From a virus, in the IMG/VR virus record IMGVR_UViG_3300046476_000353, positions 2,975-66,974 of that record: 64,000 bases of DNA; one strand, 5' to 3'. The notes beneath the pieces were generated by a model. The model made no database searches. It was not told where the DNA came from and saw only the letters and a program-made list of their open reading frames with translations. Shown here piece after piece: positions 55,949 through 64,000 of the stretch. A program made the position numbers and the translations under genes. Numbering within the stretch: the first letter of the stretch is position 1; every line of letters starts with the position of its first letter.

Positions 55949-56314
55949 TCAGGACCCGTTGCTCTCCCGCAGCGTCAGATACCCGGCCGCCACATCCTCA
56001 CAGCGCATCCTCGATCCCGCCGGGGTCGCATCCTTCAGATGCGCGAGCACCGTGTACTCGGTCTCGTCGTTCACCCCGTTCTTCTGGAGATCGTCCAACG
56101 CCGCATACGTGTACCCGGCCAGTTTCTCCGGGCTCTCTGTGCACCGGGCTGCCCACGCGTCGAGCGCTGTCTGATACTCGGCGACGCTGTGTGTACCGCC
56201 GTCGAGATCGGCGAGCTTCTGCGCCGGGCTGGACGGGGTCGGTGTCGCGCCCGAGGAGCAGCCGGCGAGCAGCAGTCCGGCGGTGAGTAGTAGTGCGGTG
56301 GTGGTGTGGCGCAT
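55949..56314 (-). CDS. Lipoprotein
   Basis: MRH..ALLLTAGLLLAGC lipobox. Confidence 0.75.
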   Translation of the reverse strand: MRHTTTALLLTAGLLLAGCSSGATPTPSSPAQKLADLDGGTHSVAEYQTALDAWAARCTESPEKLAGYTYAALDDLQKNGVNDETEYTVLAHLKDATPAGSRMRCEDVAAGYLTLRESNGS

Positions 56315-56392
56315 GGTCCCCCCAAGGCGGTGTGTGGCGGGGATGCTAGCGCCGGCCACCGACAGGGGCGCCCGGAATGCGGGGAGCAGCCA

Positions 56393-56477
56393 CCCGAACG
56401 GGGTCCCCAACCGGGTCCAACGCGGCGCCCGCGACGGGACCCTGACACGGCAACGCGGGGACCCCGAACGGGACCCC
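56393..56477. repeat. Candidate clt locus (TraB recognition repeats)
   Basis: GGGACCC at 56436, 56458 and 56470; inverted copies GGGTCCC at 56401 and GGGTCCA at 56413; directly downstream of traB. Confidence 0.45.
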
Positions 56478-56503
56478 CGCGAAATACTGCCTGGCCTGCG
56501 CTT

Positions 56504-58267
56504 TCACCCGTCCAGGGAGACAGATACCGCCTGCGTCTCCCACGCGCTCTGAGGGACCAGACGCCACGTCCCCGCGTCCGTCCGCTCCACGTCCGGCTTC
56601 AGCCCGTCGAGGGCCCTCAGCACCTGCCGCTCCTCCAGCCCGGTCGCCTGCTCCAACTCCCGGCGAGTCACGTTGCCGTACTTGGCCAGCGCGTTGCGGA
56701 CCTTCTCCTGCTGCGTACCGCCGGCCGCGGGGAGGATGAGCCGCTTCCCCACCGGGGCTTTCGCCGTCTCCCGGGCCAGGCGGGCGACCTCGCGGCGGAA
56801 GTCCTCGCCGCGCAGCCACTGCACCCGGGAGCGGAACGGCCGGGAGTGGTCGGGGGTGTTGACGAGGATCTCGCCGGGCTTGGTGAGGTCGCCGGGGTTG
56901 TAGCCGCTCGCCCTGCCGAACACGAACTGGGCGTGCATGCGGTCGTTCATGCGGGTGCTGATCCGGTTGGCGTAGTTGCCGCGCGCGTCCGTCTTCCCGC
57001 CGAACACTCCGGACGACGGTTGCTGCGTCGCGGAGATCATGTGGATGCCATACGCCCTGTTCAGCGCGAGGAACGACTCCACCTTGTCGCTGATCCGCTC
57101 GCCCTTCTTCCGCCCCTTGTCGCCTTGGCGGACCAGCTCGGCGTGCTCGTCGACGATGACGTACACCGCGGGCCGGCCGTGCCGGGCGGGGATCCACTCC
57201 TGCGCCTTGTCTGCGGCGAGGATCGCGCCGCGCTCGTCCAGCTCCTGCCGCATCCAGTCCATCAGCGCGTGCGCCTCCTCCGGGGTGGACGCCAGGTCTT
57301 GCAGGATCGGCCGCATCGGGGAGAGTTCGGGGCTGCCGGGCTTCATGTCGACCCCGTACAGGACAGTGTCCGGACGCCCGGCGAGGCGGATGGCGAGCAG
57401 CCTGACCAGCGTCGATTTCCCGAACTTGCTGGATCCGGCGATCAGGGTGTGGCTGTACGCCATCTCGATCGCGACGGGCTGTCCGAACTCATCCCGGGAC
57501 ACGACGACCGGGTCGAGGAACGTGGCGCCGCGCTCCGACTCATACGGGACCGCCGCGTCGAGGGGGTCGCCGTCGACGTAGTTCACCACCAACTGACTGG
57601 TCAGCGGCCCGTCGTCGAGGTGGAACGCCCCGTCCACCCGCATCGCCCCGGCGACCTTCGGCCAGCGGGTACGCAGGGTGGCCCGGTCGAGGGTGGCCGG
57701 GCAGTCGATGAGCGCACGCCACCCGACGTCGGTTGCCTCGATCAGGCAGCCGGCCAGCTCCGCCTTCAACGCCTCCCACACCGCGGTGCGGAGCTGCTGC
57801 TCCTCGACGGTGCGTCCGGACAGATCCGGACCCGGCTGGACAGTGTCCGGGACGGTGAGCTTGGCGAGCTGCTGCTGCCGGATCTGCTGCCCGACGAGCG
57901 CCGTCTGCAGCTTCACGGCCTCCATGTTCAGCTTCATGTCGTCGTGGCGGGTGTGGTGTCGGTACGCCCCGCGGGCGGCGCCTGCGATGAGCACAGAGAC
58001 CAGCCACGAGTAGAGCGCCTGCCCGGTGCCGAGCCCGGTGATCGTGGCCTGAGCGAACGCGGCTGCTGCTGCGCCCGCACCCCAGGAGAGGGACGGGGAC
58101 CACTTCCTGCCGAAGCTGACCAGGCTCAACTTGCCCGTGGCGACGGCGGCGATGAACTCGACGGTGACGGCGTTGCTGCCGTACCGGGCTTCGGCGATGA
58201 GGGCGGCGCCGGTGACGATGCTGGGGGCGATGAGGCTGGTGGCGAGGTCTGCGGCGGTGAGCTTCAC
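56504..58267 (-). CDS. traB: TraB-like FtsK/SpoIIIE DNA translocase
   Basis: N-terminal TM helices, HTLIAGSSKFGKS, DMKPGSPEL, IVDEHAEL, RAYGI..ATQQP, C-terminal wHTH. Confidence 0.85.
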   Translation of the reverse strand: MKLTAADLATSLIAPSIVTGAALIAEARYGSNAVTVEFIAAVATGKLSLVSFGRKWSPSLSWGAGAAAAAFAQATITGLGTGQALYSWLVSVLIAGAARGAYRHHTRHDDMKLNMEAVKLQTALVGQQIRQQQLAKLTVPDTVQPGPDLSGRTVEEQQLRTAVWEALKAELAGCLIEATDVGWRALIDCPATLDRATLRTRWPKVAGAMRVDGAFHLDDGPLTSQLVVNYVDGDPLDAAVPYESERGATFLDPVVVSRDEFGQPVAIEMAYSHTLIAGSSKFGKSTLVRLLAIRLAGRPDTVLYGVDMKPGSPELSPMRPILQDLASTPEEAHALMDWMRQELDERGAILAADKAQEWIPARHGRPAVYVIVDEHAELVRQGDKGRKKGERISDKVESFLALNRAYGIHMISATQQPSSGVFGGKTDARGNYANRISTRMNDRMHAQFVFGRASGYNPGDLTKPGEILVNTPDHSRPFRSRVQWLRGEDFRREVARLARETAKAPVGKRLILPAAGGTQQEKVRNALAKYGNVTRRELEQATGLEERQVLRALDGLKPDVERTDAGTWRLVPQSAWETQAVSVSLDG

Positions 58268-58323
58268 GGTGGCTCCGTAGACGGCTCGGCCCCCGCTGGT
58301 GGGCGGGGGCCAGGGCGGGCGGC

Positions 58324-59286
58324 TTACTTGGCCTGGCGGACTTCGCGGAGGTAGCGCTTCGCGGTGGCGGCGCTGACGTCGAGCTCCTCGGCGACCTGTC
58401 CGGAGGTGATCCCGGGGTCGGCCTTGAGGAGCTCAGCGACCTGAGCCACGGCCTTGATGCGCTGAGCCTGCTGGGCGCTGAGGTGAGCCGAGAAGCCGAA
58501 GTTCCCGACCTTGAGCGCAGCGGCTTGGACCGCCGGTTCAGGCGGGGCGACCTGCGGCGATGCGGCGCTGAGCCCACCCCCGGCGATGGAGGGATCAGCG
58601 GAACTGAGCCCCGGCTCAGAGAGGCTGATCTCAGGCTCAGCAGCATGCTCCTGCTCGACCATCGCGGGTTCCGGGCGTCGGGCCTCCAGCGCGAGCAGGA
58701 GACGGGCGGTGCGGTCGCCGGTGAGGAGCCGGTCGCGTTCCCCGAGCGCCAACGCCTGCTCGGTCCCGGCCTGCTGCTGCCGGGCGCGGAGGTACGCCTC
58801 GTACTTCGGGCCGAGCTTGATCCGGATGGTGTACATCGCGACGGCCCACATGCCCTTGGCTGCGGCGGAGACGAGGGCGCCGATGATCCCGACCGCGACG
58901 GCGTGGTTGCGGTGGCCGTCGATGATGATCGCTGCCATCGAGACGGCGAGCATCGCGACGCCGACGCCAGCCGGGATCCGGGCGCGGGCGCGGTCGTAGC
59001 GCAGGACCCATTCGGCGATGAGGCAGCCGGCCCATCCGGCGTCGAAGACCCCGGCGACGAGGTAGGCGCCCCAGGCGGGGGCGAGGAGGGTGAGCATGCT
59101 GCCGATAGCGACGGTGCCCCAGACGATGGCGCCTGCGGTCATGAGGATGGCAATGGCGAAGAGGACACGGCGGAGTGCGGCGTCGAGGTTGAACGGCAGC
59201 CGGATGTCGGGGATGTCGTAGGCGACGTCGATGCCGTGGACGGTTTCGGTGATGCGGCGGGTGGGCCGGCGGAAGGGGGCGGGCAT
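58324..59286 (-). CDS. Spd-like membrane protein with C-terminal HTH
   Basis: Four TM helices, coiled coil, ITSGQVAEELDVSAATAKRY; upstream of traB. Confidence 0.65.
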   Translation of the reverse strand: MPAPFRRPTRRITETVHGIDVAYDIPDIRLPFNLDAALRRVLFAIAILMTAGAIVWGTVAIGSMLTLLAPAWGAYLVAGVFDAGWAGCLIAEWVLRYDRARARIPAGVGVAMLAVSMAAIIIDGHRNHAVAVGIIGALVSAAAKGMWAVAMYTIRIKLGPKYEAYLRARQQQAGTEQALALGERDRLLTGDRTARLLLALEARRPEPAMVEQEHAAEPEISLSEPGLSSADPSIAGGGLSAASPQVAPPEPAVQAAALKVGNFGFSAHLSAQQAQRIKAVAQVAELLKADPGITSGQVAEELDVSAATAKRYLREVRQAK

Positions 59287-59311
59287 GACGGTGGCCTCCG
59301 GGGTGGCGGGG

Positions 59312-59557
59312 TCAGTGGCGTGCGCGGGCGTGGGGCTGGTGGGTGCGGATCTGGTGGGCGACGTACACGGCGCCGGCGAGGAGGGCGGCTGCTCCGGGGT
59401 GGGCGACCACGCCGTCGGCGATGCCCTGCACCACGGCGAGGACCAGGCCGACGGCGAGGGTGGCGAGTTGGCGGGTGGCGTGCTGGTTCATGGCGGCGAG
59501 GATGATCAGGCTGGCGATGAGCAGGTTGCGGAGCAGGTGGGTGGGGTGGCGTCGCAT
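59312..59557 (-). CDS. Small membrane protein (spread-like)
   Basis: Hydrophobic; part of the traB operon. Confidence 0.55.
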   Translation of the reverse strand: MRRHPTHLLRNLLIASLIILAAMNQHATRQLATLAVGLVLAVVQGIADGVVAHPGAAALLAGAVYVAHQIRTHQPHARARH

Positions 59558-59630
59558 CGGTGCTCCTCGGGTCGGGTGGCTGATCGGATCTCCAGGGCCC
59601 ACGTGCGGGACGTGGGCCGTGGGCTACCGG

Positions 59631-59795
59631 TCAGCGGCTGTCGGCGCTGTGGGTTCCGTTGCTGTGTGCGTGGTCGTTCCAGAAGCGGGCGGAGCGTTCT
59701 TCGCTGGCGCGTTCCGCGGCCTGGAGGTCGTCGGCGAGGTTGGCGCGGGCTTGCTCGGTGCTCTCGGGGCTGGGCATCTTGCTGAACAGGCCCAT
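59631..59795 (-). CDS. Small hypothetical protein
   Basis: MGLFSK...; AGGAG RBS. Confidence 0.5.
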   Translation of the reverse strand: MGLFSKMPSPESTEQARANLADDLQAAERASEERSARFWNDHAHSNGTHSADSR

Positions 59796-59979
59796 GGCTA
59801 CTTCTCCTCGTCGGGGTTGTCGGCGGCTTCGCAGGCGGGGCCGCAGTACGGCGCGCCGCCGGGGGCGCCGCATAGGAGGCACTCGTTCATGGCTGTCAGC
59901 TCTCGTCGTTTCGGTGGTGGTGGAAGGGGTGCCGTCTCCCCGGCCGGGGGAGGGTCGAGGGGAGGCGGCGGTCAGGGGG

Positions 59980-60147
59980 TCAGGTGAGGTCGATGCGGGT
60001 GGCCGTCTTCCGGCCGGGCAGCTTGCGGACCTCGTCCTGGATCGCGGCCTTGGCCTGGACGTCGTCGGCCTCAGTGGTGGTGCCGGTCGCGGTGGTGATC
60101 TCGCCGGTGCGGTGGTCGCGGACCGTGGCGGCGAAGAAGCGCTTCAC
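59980..60147 (-). CDS. Small hypothetical protein
   Basis: AGGAGGG RBS; MKRFFAATVRDH. Confidence 0.5.
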   Translation of the reverse strand: MKRFFAATVRDHRTGEITTATGTTTEADDVQAKAAIQDEVRKLPGRKTATRIDLT

Positions 60148-60196
60148 GGGGTGCCCTCCTGTGGGTTTTCGGTGGCGGTGTGGGTGCGGTGTCGGC

Positions 60197-60430
60197 TCAG
60201 GGGGTGGGCCCGGCGAGGTGGCGGAGCTGGGTGGCGTACTCCGAGTGGTGGGTGCCGTCGGGGGCGGGGAGGAAGGTCAGCCAGTCCTCGTCGAGGCCGA
60301 GAGCGCGGCCGTGGCCGCGGATGGTGTGGAGGTCGGCGGGCTGGTTGGGCTTCAGGTCGAGGTGGTCGGCGAGGCGGTTGAACAGGGCGTGGACGCCGGT
60401 GTGAGTGGCGGGGGTGGGCTGCTCGCTCAT
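60197..60430 (-). CDS. Hypothetical protein
   Basis: Coupled ORF. Confidence 0.5.
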   Translation of the reverse strand: MSEQPTPATHTGVHALFNRLADHLDLKPNQPADLHTIRGHGRALGLDEDWLTFLPAPDGTHHSEYATQLRHLAGPTP

Positions 60431-60705
60431 GCCTGCACCGCCGGTCGGGGCAGGGCGCGGCAGCGCTCGGCGTGGGCTTGGGCGTCGGGCTGGAGCGCGG
60501 GGACAGCGGTGGCGATCTTCTCGTCGCGCTCCTCGGCGGAGTCGGTGTAGAAGACGCGGGTCGACTTGTGCACGGTCCAGGAGCAGGTCTCGCCGCTGCA
60601 CCGGGTGCGGAGGGTGCCGGTGTCGTACCAGATGTCGACGTGGGCGCCGCCGATGGTCAGGTAGCGGGCGATGGTGTCCGGGTCCCAGGGCTGCTGCTCG
60701 CTCAT
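60427..60705 (-). CDS. Hypothetical protein
   Basis: ARYLTIGGA...C..C...AQAHAERCRALPRP. Confidence 0.6.
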   Translation of the reverse strand: MSEQQPWDPDTIARYLTIGGAHVDIWYDTGTLRTRCSGETCSWTVHKSTRVFYTDSAEERDEKIATAVPALQPDAQAHAERCRALPRPAVQA

Positions 60706-60899
60706 GCGTTCACCCCGGCGAGGTTCTGGTCGGCGAGCTTCCACAGCTCCTTGGCGCGCCGCTCGTCGCCGGCCTGCTCGGCGTCGTTGGCGGCGAGGGC
60801 GTAGAGGGCGGCGGCGTCTCGGGTGAGCTGGTCGGCCTCGGCGAGCACGTCCACGCTGGGGGTGGGCTGCCGGTGGGGCTGGCCGTTACGATCGGTCAC
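60702..60899 (-). CDS. Hypothetical protein, first gene of the traB operon
   Basis: AGGAG RBS. Confidence 0.55.
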   Translation of the reverse strand: MTDRNGQPHRQPTPSVDVLAEADQLTRDAAALYALAANDAEQAGDERRAKELWKLADQNLAGVNA

Positions 60900-61007
60900 G
60901 GTCGTTTCTCCTGGTGAGTCAGGGGATGCGGCTTGCCTCAGCGGGAGGTGCGAACTTCCGCTGGGGCTCAATGCATTGGTGGCGGAGGGCAGTGGCGCAC
61001 CATCCGT

Positions 61008-61045
61008 TGTATGGGGACCGTACAGCGTTGTATGGTCCCCATGCA
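61008..61045. promoter_or_regulatory. Twin operator between the traB operon and its HTH gene
   Basis: TGTATGG-GGA-CCGTACA and TGTATGG-TCC-CCATGCA; together they form the ATGGGGACC...GGTCCCCAT inverted repeat. Confidence 0.65.
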
Positions 61046-61090
61046 AGAGAGTCGGAGCGTGCCGCTACCCGCAGCAGGAGAGGAGCGGGC

Positions 61091-61387
61091 GTGGACGACG
61101 CGAGCAAGGAGGTACTGCGGGTGTCAGACGCCCTCAAGGCGGTCGATGAGATCGTCGACCTGGAAGAGCGCGTGCGCGCACGGAACCAGGTGCTTGCGCT
61201 CCAGGCTCAGCGGGTGAAGCGCTGGCACGCCGAGCGCCGGGATCTCGTGCTGGCGTTGCGCGAGGAGAAGCCGCCGGTCACGATCCGGGCCATCGCTGCC
61301 CGGTTGGAGATGTCGGTCGGCGTGGTGCAGGACATCATCCGAGGGCACACCGGCTCCTGGGCAAGCCGAGCGAAGGCGGAGGGGTGA
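61091..61387 (+). CDS. HTH repressor (Kor-like position)
   Basis: GAGGAG RBS; TIRAIAARLEMSVGVVQDIIRG. Confidence 0.75.
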   Translation: MDDASKEVLRVSDALKAVDEIVDLEERVRARNQVLALQAQRVKRWHAERRDLVLALREEKPPVTIRAIAARLEMSVGVVQDIIRGHTGSWASRAKAEG

Positions 61388-61857
61388 GCGGCGTGGATCT
61401 GGTGCAGTGGTACGGCGCGCAGCTTGACGAGGATGAACGGATCGCGCGTGCGGCCATCAGGGCGGTCGGCGATGTTCCTGGCGGCGTGCCGGGTGCGGCG
61501 CACTGGCGTTTCGGCAACGCCTATACCGACGAGGGCGGAACCTACTGGCAGATCACGACGATGCCCCCGGACGCCGAGGTGTTCGGCCCGGTCGAGCTGA
61601 TCGGCAGCGGGATGAGCGGTGGCGGCGCTCATGAGCCGGAGATCGCGCGGCATGCGGTCGAGCATGATCCGGCCCGGGTGCTGCGCGAGATCGAGGCTGA
61701 CCGTGAGCTGCTCCGCCAGTACACGGAGGTCGCGGCCAACGACGTGAACGACGTCGAGTACGCGCACGGGTGGGCCAACGCGCTCGGTCTCGCGGTGCGC
61801 CTGCGCGCGTCGGCGTTCAGCGACCGGCCCGGCTTCCGGGAGGAGTGGCGTCCGTGA
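61384..61857 (+). CDS. DUF6221-like protein
   Basis: LDEDER.AR...HDPARVLREIEA.R...RPGFREEWRP. Confidence 0.75.
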   Translation: MSGVDLVQWYGAQLDEDERIARAAIRAVGDVPGGVPGAAHWRFGNAYTDEGGTYWQITTMPPDAEVFGPVELIGSGMSGGGAHEPEIARHAVEHDPARVLREIEADRELLRQYTEVAANDVNDVEYAHGWANALGLAVRLRASAFSDRPGFREEWRP

Positions 61858-61946
61858 GTGATGCCGCCTGGGGCTGACACCCCACCCTTGGGCCCCTGCC
61901 GCGTGCCGTGGTGGGGGCTCTGCCGTACCCGCTTATGATCACCGGC

Positions 61947-62186
61947 GTGGACACCCCTCCTGATGATCTGATCACCCTCGAACGTGCTGCCGAGCAGGCG
62001 CGCGCCCGGATGGCTGGGCTGGCTGGCGAGGAGCGTGATGCGCAGCGGGTGGTGTGGCGGGAGGCGTCGGCGGCGGTGCAGGCTGCGATCACCGCGCACG
62101 CGACAGTGACCGGGTTGAACCGGTACGAGGTGGAGCAGGCCGTCAAGCGCGCGGCTCGGGGGACGGAGCAGGACCCGGCCGAGTAG
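61947..62186 (+). CDS. Hypothetical protein
   Basis: WREASAAVQAAITAHA...RYEVEQAVK. Confidence 0.6.
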   Translation: MDTPPDDLITLERAAEQARARMAGLAGEERDAQRVVWREASAAVQAAITAHATVTGLNRYEVEQAVKRAARGTEQDPAE

Positions 62187-62549
62187 CCGGCCCGGGGTCT
62201 GGACGCGGTGATCACCCGGGCGTAGCGTCGCGGTGCACAGCGGAGGGCGCCCTCAAGGCCCGTCGACACGTAGGGATACCGGTCGGCGGGCCGCCCGCTG
62301 TCCGGGTCTTACGGGTGGCTGCTGCCCTCGCTTCTCGGCCACTGACGTCCGCAGCGGACGCATTCGTACTGGCCGCCCTTGACGGACTTCACCCAGCCGG
62401 GTCGGCCTTTGCTGCTGCACGGGACGACGGCGGTCACGGCTGCTCCTTGATCCACGTGGCGGGTTGGAGGGTAAGTCGTCCGTCGGCGCGGTGCCACCAG
62501 TACGGGCGGCCGAACAGCCAGACGACGCGGAGGGCGTCGGGGTCCCGGA

Positions 62550-63005
62550 TCACGGCTGCTCCTTCGTCCGTCCCGGGCAGGCCCGGCAGAGCTCCAGTCC
62601 AGCAGCCGTCGACGGGCAGTCGCATTCTGTTTTGGCCAGCCCGAGTTCGAACCGCAGCCGGTTCAGTCGTTCCTGCGGCAGGCACCAGTGGCGCCCGTTC
62701 GTGACGGCCTGCTTCACCGCCGGGTCGTCGGACTGGTACGCAGCGGCGAGGAGGAGCAGCCAGCCTTTGTCGGTCCACTGGGTGCCGCCGTGGGTGCAGC
62801 CCAGTTTGGTCCGTTGGTCTCGGCTGGGTGGGCAGCCGAGCTCGACGAGGGGGTAGGAGTAGCGGCCGATCATGAGGACACAGTTGGGGTGGTCGTCGAG
62901 GCCCTTGGCGATGTCGCGTTCGGCGGCGTCGGGGGTTCGGTATTCGTCGCCGGTGGTGGTGGCGGGGTCGTGGCTGAGGCAGAGGATCCGGTAGGTGCTG
63001 CTCAC
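62550..63005 (-). CDS. Hypothetical Cys/His protein
   Basis: MSSTYRILCLSHDPA; coupled ORF. Confidence 0.6.
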   Translation of the reverse strand: MSSTYRILCLSHDPATTTGDEYRTPDAAERDIAKGLDDHPNCVLMIGRYSYPLVELGCPPSRDQRTKLGCTHGGTQWTDKGWLLLLAAAYQSDDPAVKQAVTNGRHWCLPQERLNRLRFELGLAKTECDCPSTAAGLELCRACPGRTKEQP

Positions 63006-63550
63006 TTCGGCTGCTCCTGGTCGCGACATGCGTCGTGGAGTTCGTTGTCGGCGACTCCGGCTTGTCCGGCGCGGGCACACGCGGGACACGGGACCGGCGG
63101 GGCCGCGAGCGTGGCGAGTTGCGCGGTCGCGTGCTCGTGGTCCTGCGCGGCTTGGACGGCTCGGGCGGTGGCGGCGCGTTCCAGCTCGGGGTCGACGGGG
63201 CGGACGGTGAACTGGTGCTGCTCGGGGATGCGGTGGTCGCGGGTCCCGGCGGTGAGCCACGTCGTCGGCCGGGTCGCTGTCGGTGCGGGCGTGGGCTGTT
63301 CGCCGAGGAGGTGGAGGAGGAGCCGGCCGATTTCGGCTCCGGGGCCGTCGAGGGCGTCGTTCGCGCAGGTGCGGATGCGGGCGATGACGGTTTGGAGTTC
63401 TTCGACGCGTCCGGCGTAGGAGCCGGCTGCCACGTCTGCCGACTCGGCTTCGGCCCAGCGTGCGGCGGCGGCTTGGGCGCGGTCGAGGTCGGCGTACAGC
63501 TGGTCGAGGTCGTTGTCGTTGATGGTGTCGGCGGTGTGACGGTCGGTCAT
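63002..63550 (-). CDS. Hypothetical protein
   Basis: GGAGG RBS; TADTINDNDLDQLY. Confidence 0.6.
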   Translation of the reverse strand: MTDRHTADTINDNDLDQLYADLDRAQAAAARWAEAESADVAAGSYAGRVEELQTVIARIRTCANDALDGPGAEIGRLLLHLLGEQPTPAPTATRPTTWLTAGTRDHRIPEQHQFTVRPVDPELERAATARAVQAAQDHEHATAQLATLAAPPVPCPACARAGQAGVADNELHDACRDQEQPK

Positions 63551-63627
63551 CGCTTCCTCCGGTTGCGGTGTGTGAGGGCGCGGGCGGTGTGTCGGATGGT
63601 GGTGAGGGCGGTGGTGATGAGCGGTGG

Positions 63628-63957
63628 TCAGGCTCGGTCGTCGACGATCAGCCCGTGGAGCCAGGCAGCGTCCTCGGGAGCGACGTGCTGCCCGGCGGTG
63701 GGCTGAACGACGAGGTGGGTGGGCTGGCCGTCCATGTCGCGTTCGTTGCCGACGCGGACTCCCCAGGCGCAGCGGGTTGGTGCGCCATGGCCGTCGATGC
63801 AGAGTCTGTGCGGCCCCAGGAGGGCGCGGGGCGCTGCTGTGGCCCTGAGGGCCGTTCTCCCGCTCGCGGCGGGCTCGGGTGGCATTCGGGCTCCGAGGCC
63901 GCCAGAGGCCCCGTTCTGTCCCGTCTGGCGGCACGCCATGCCCGCCGTGTCGCCCAC
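63628..63957 (-). CDS. Hypothetical protein (start uncertain)
   Basis: C-terminal PTHLVVQPTAGQHVAPEDAAWL. Confidence 0.4.
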   Translation of the reverse strand: MGDTAGMACRQTGQNGASGGLGARMPPEPAASGRTALRATAAPRALLGPHRLCIDGHGAPTRCAWGVRVGNERDMDGQPTHLVVQPTAGQHVAPEDAAWLHGLIVDDRA

Positions 63958-64000
63958 GCTCCGGTGAGGATCGCCGTGTACAGGCAGACCGTCACGACGA

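Overview
The whole window is one high-GC temperate siphovirus genome, most likely from a Streptomyces or related actinobacterial host; no host housekeeping genes are visible. Left to right: an early replication/recombination arm on the minus strand (replication initiator, ParB-DUF5131/HNH/TcmP-like cassette, WhiB, RusA, DnaQ, ERF, YqaJ); a Cro/CI-type switch; a large serine integrase with phage genes on both sides; a lysis cassette; a plus-strand accessory operon (23.2-31.2 kb); the virion genes from tail to terminase on the minus strand; and a plasmid-like TraB/Spd transfer module. The main result is in the accessory operon. ORF 23824-24870 encodes a nuclease-less IS110/Nop-fold protein resembling TasA of TIGR-Tas systems. 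Five stem-loop guide units (stem-CA-N9-CGnnnnCCA-N9-C-stem) lie inside its own reading frame, three at the 5' end and two as an in-frame insertion in the Nop domain. One guide matches 17 of 18 bases in the phage's own lysis cassette, with a 2-nt gap. The same operon carries a 47-aa copy of a tape-measure motif, two nucleotide-sugar epimerases and three glycosyltransferases. All calls come from reading motifs by eye; no database searches were run.
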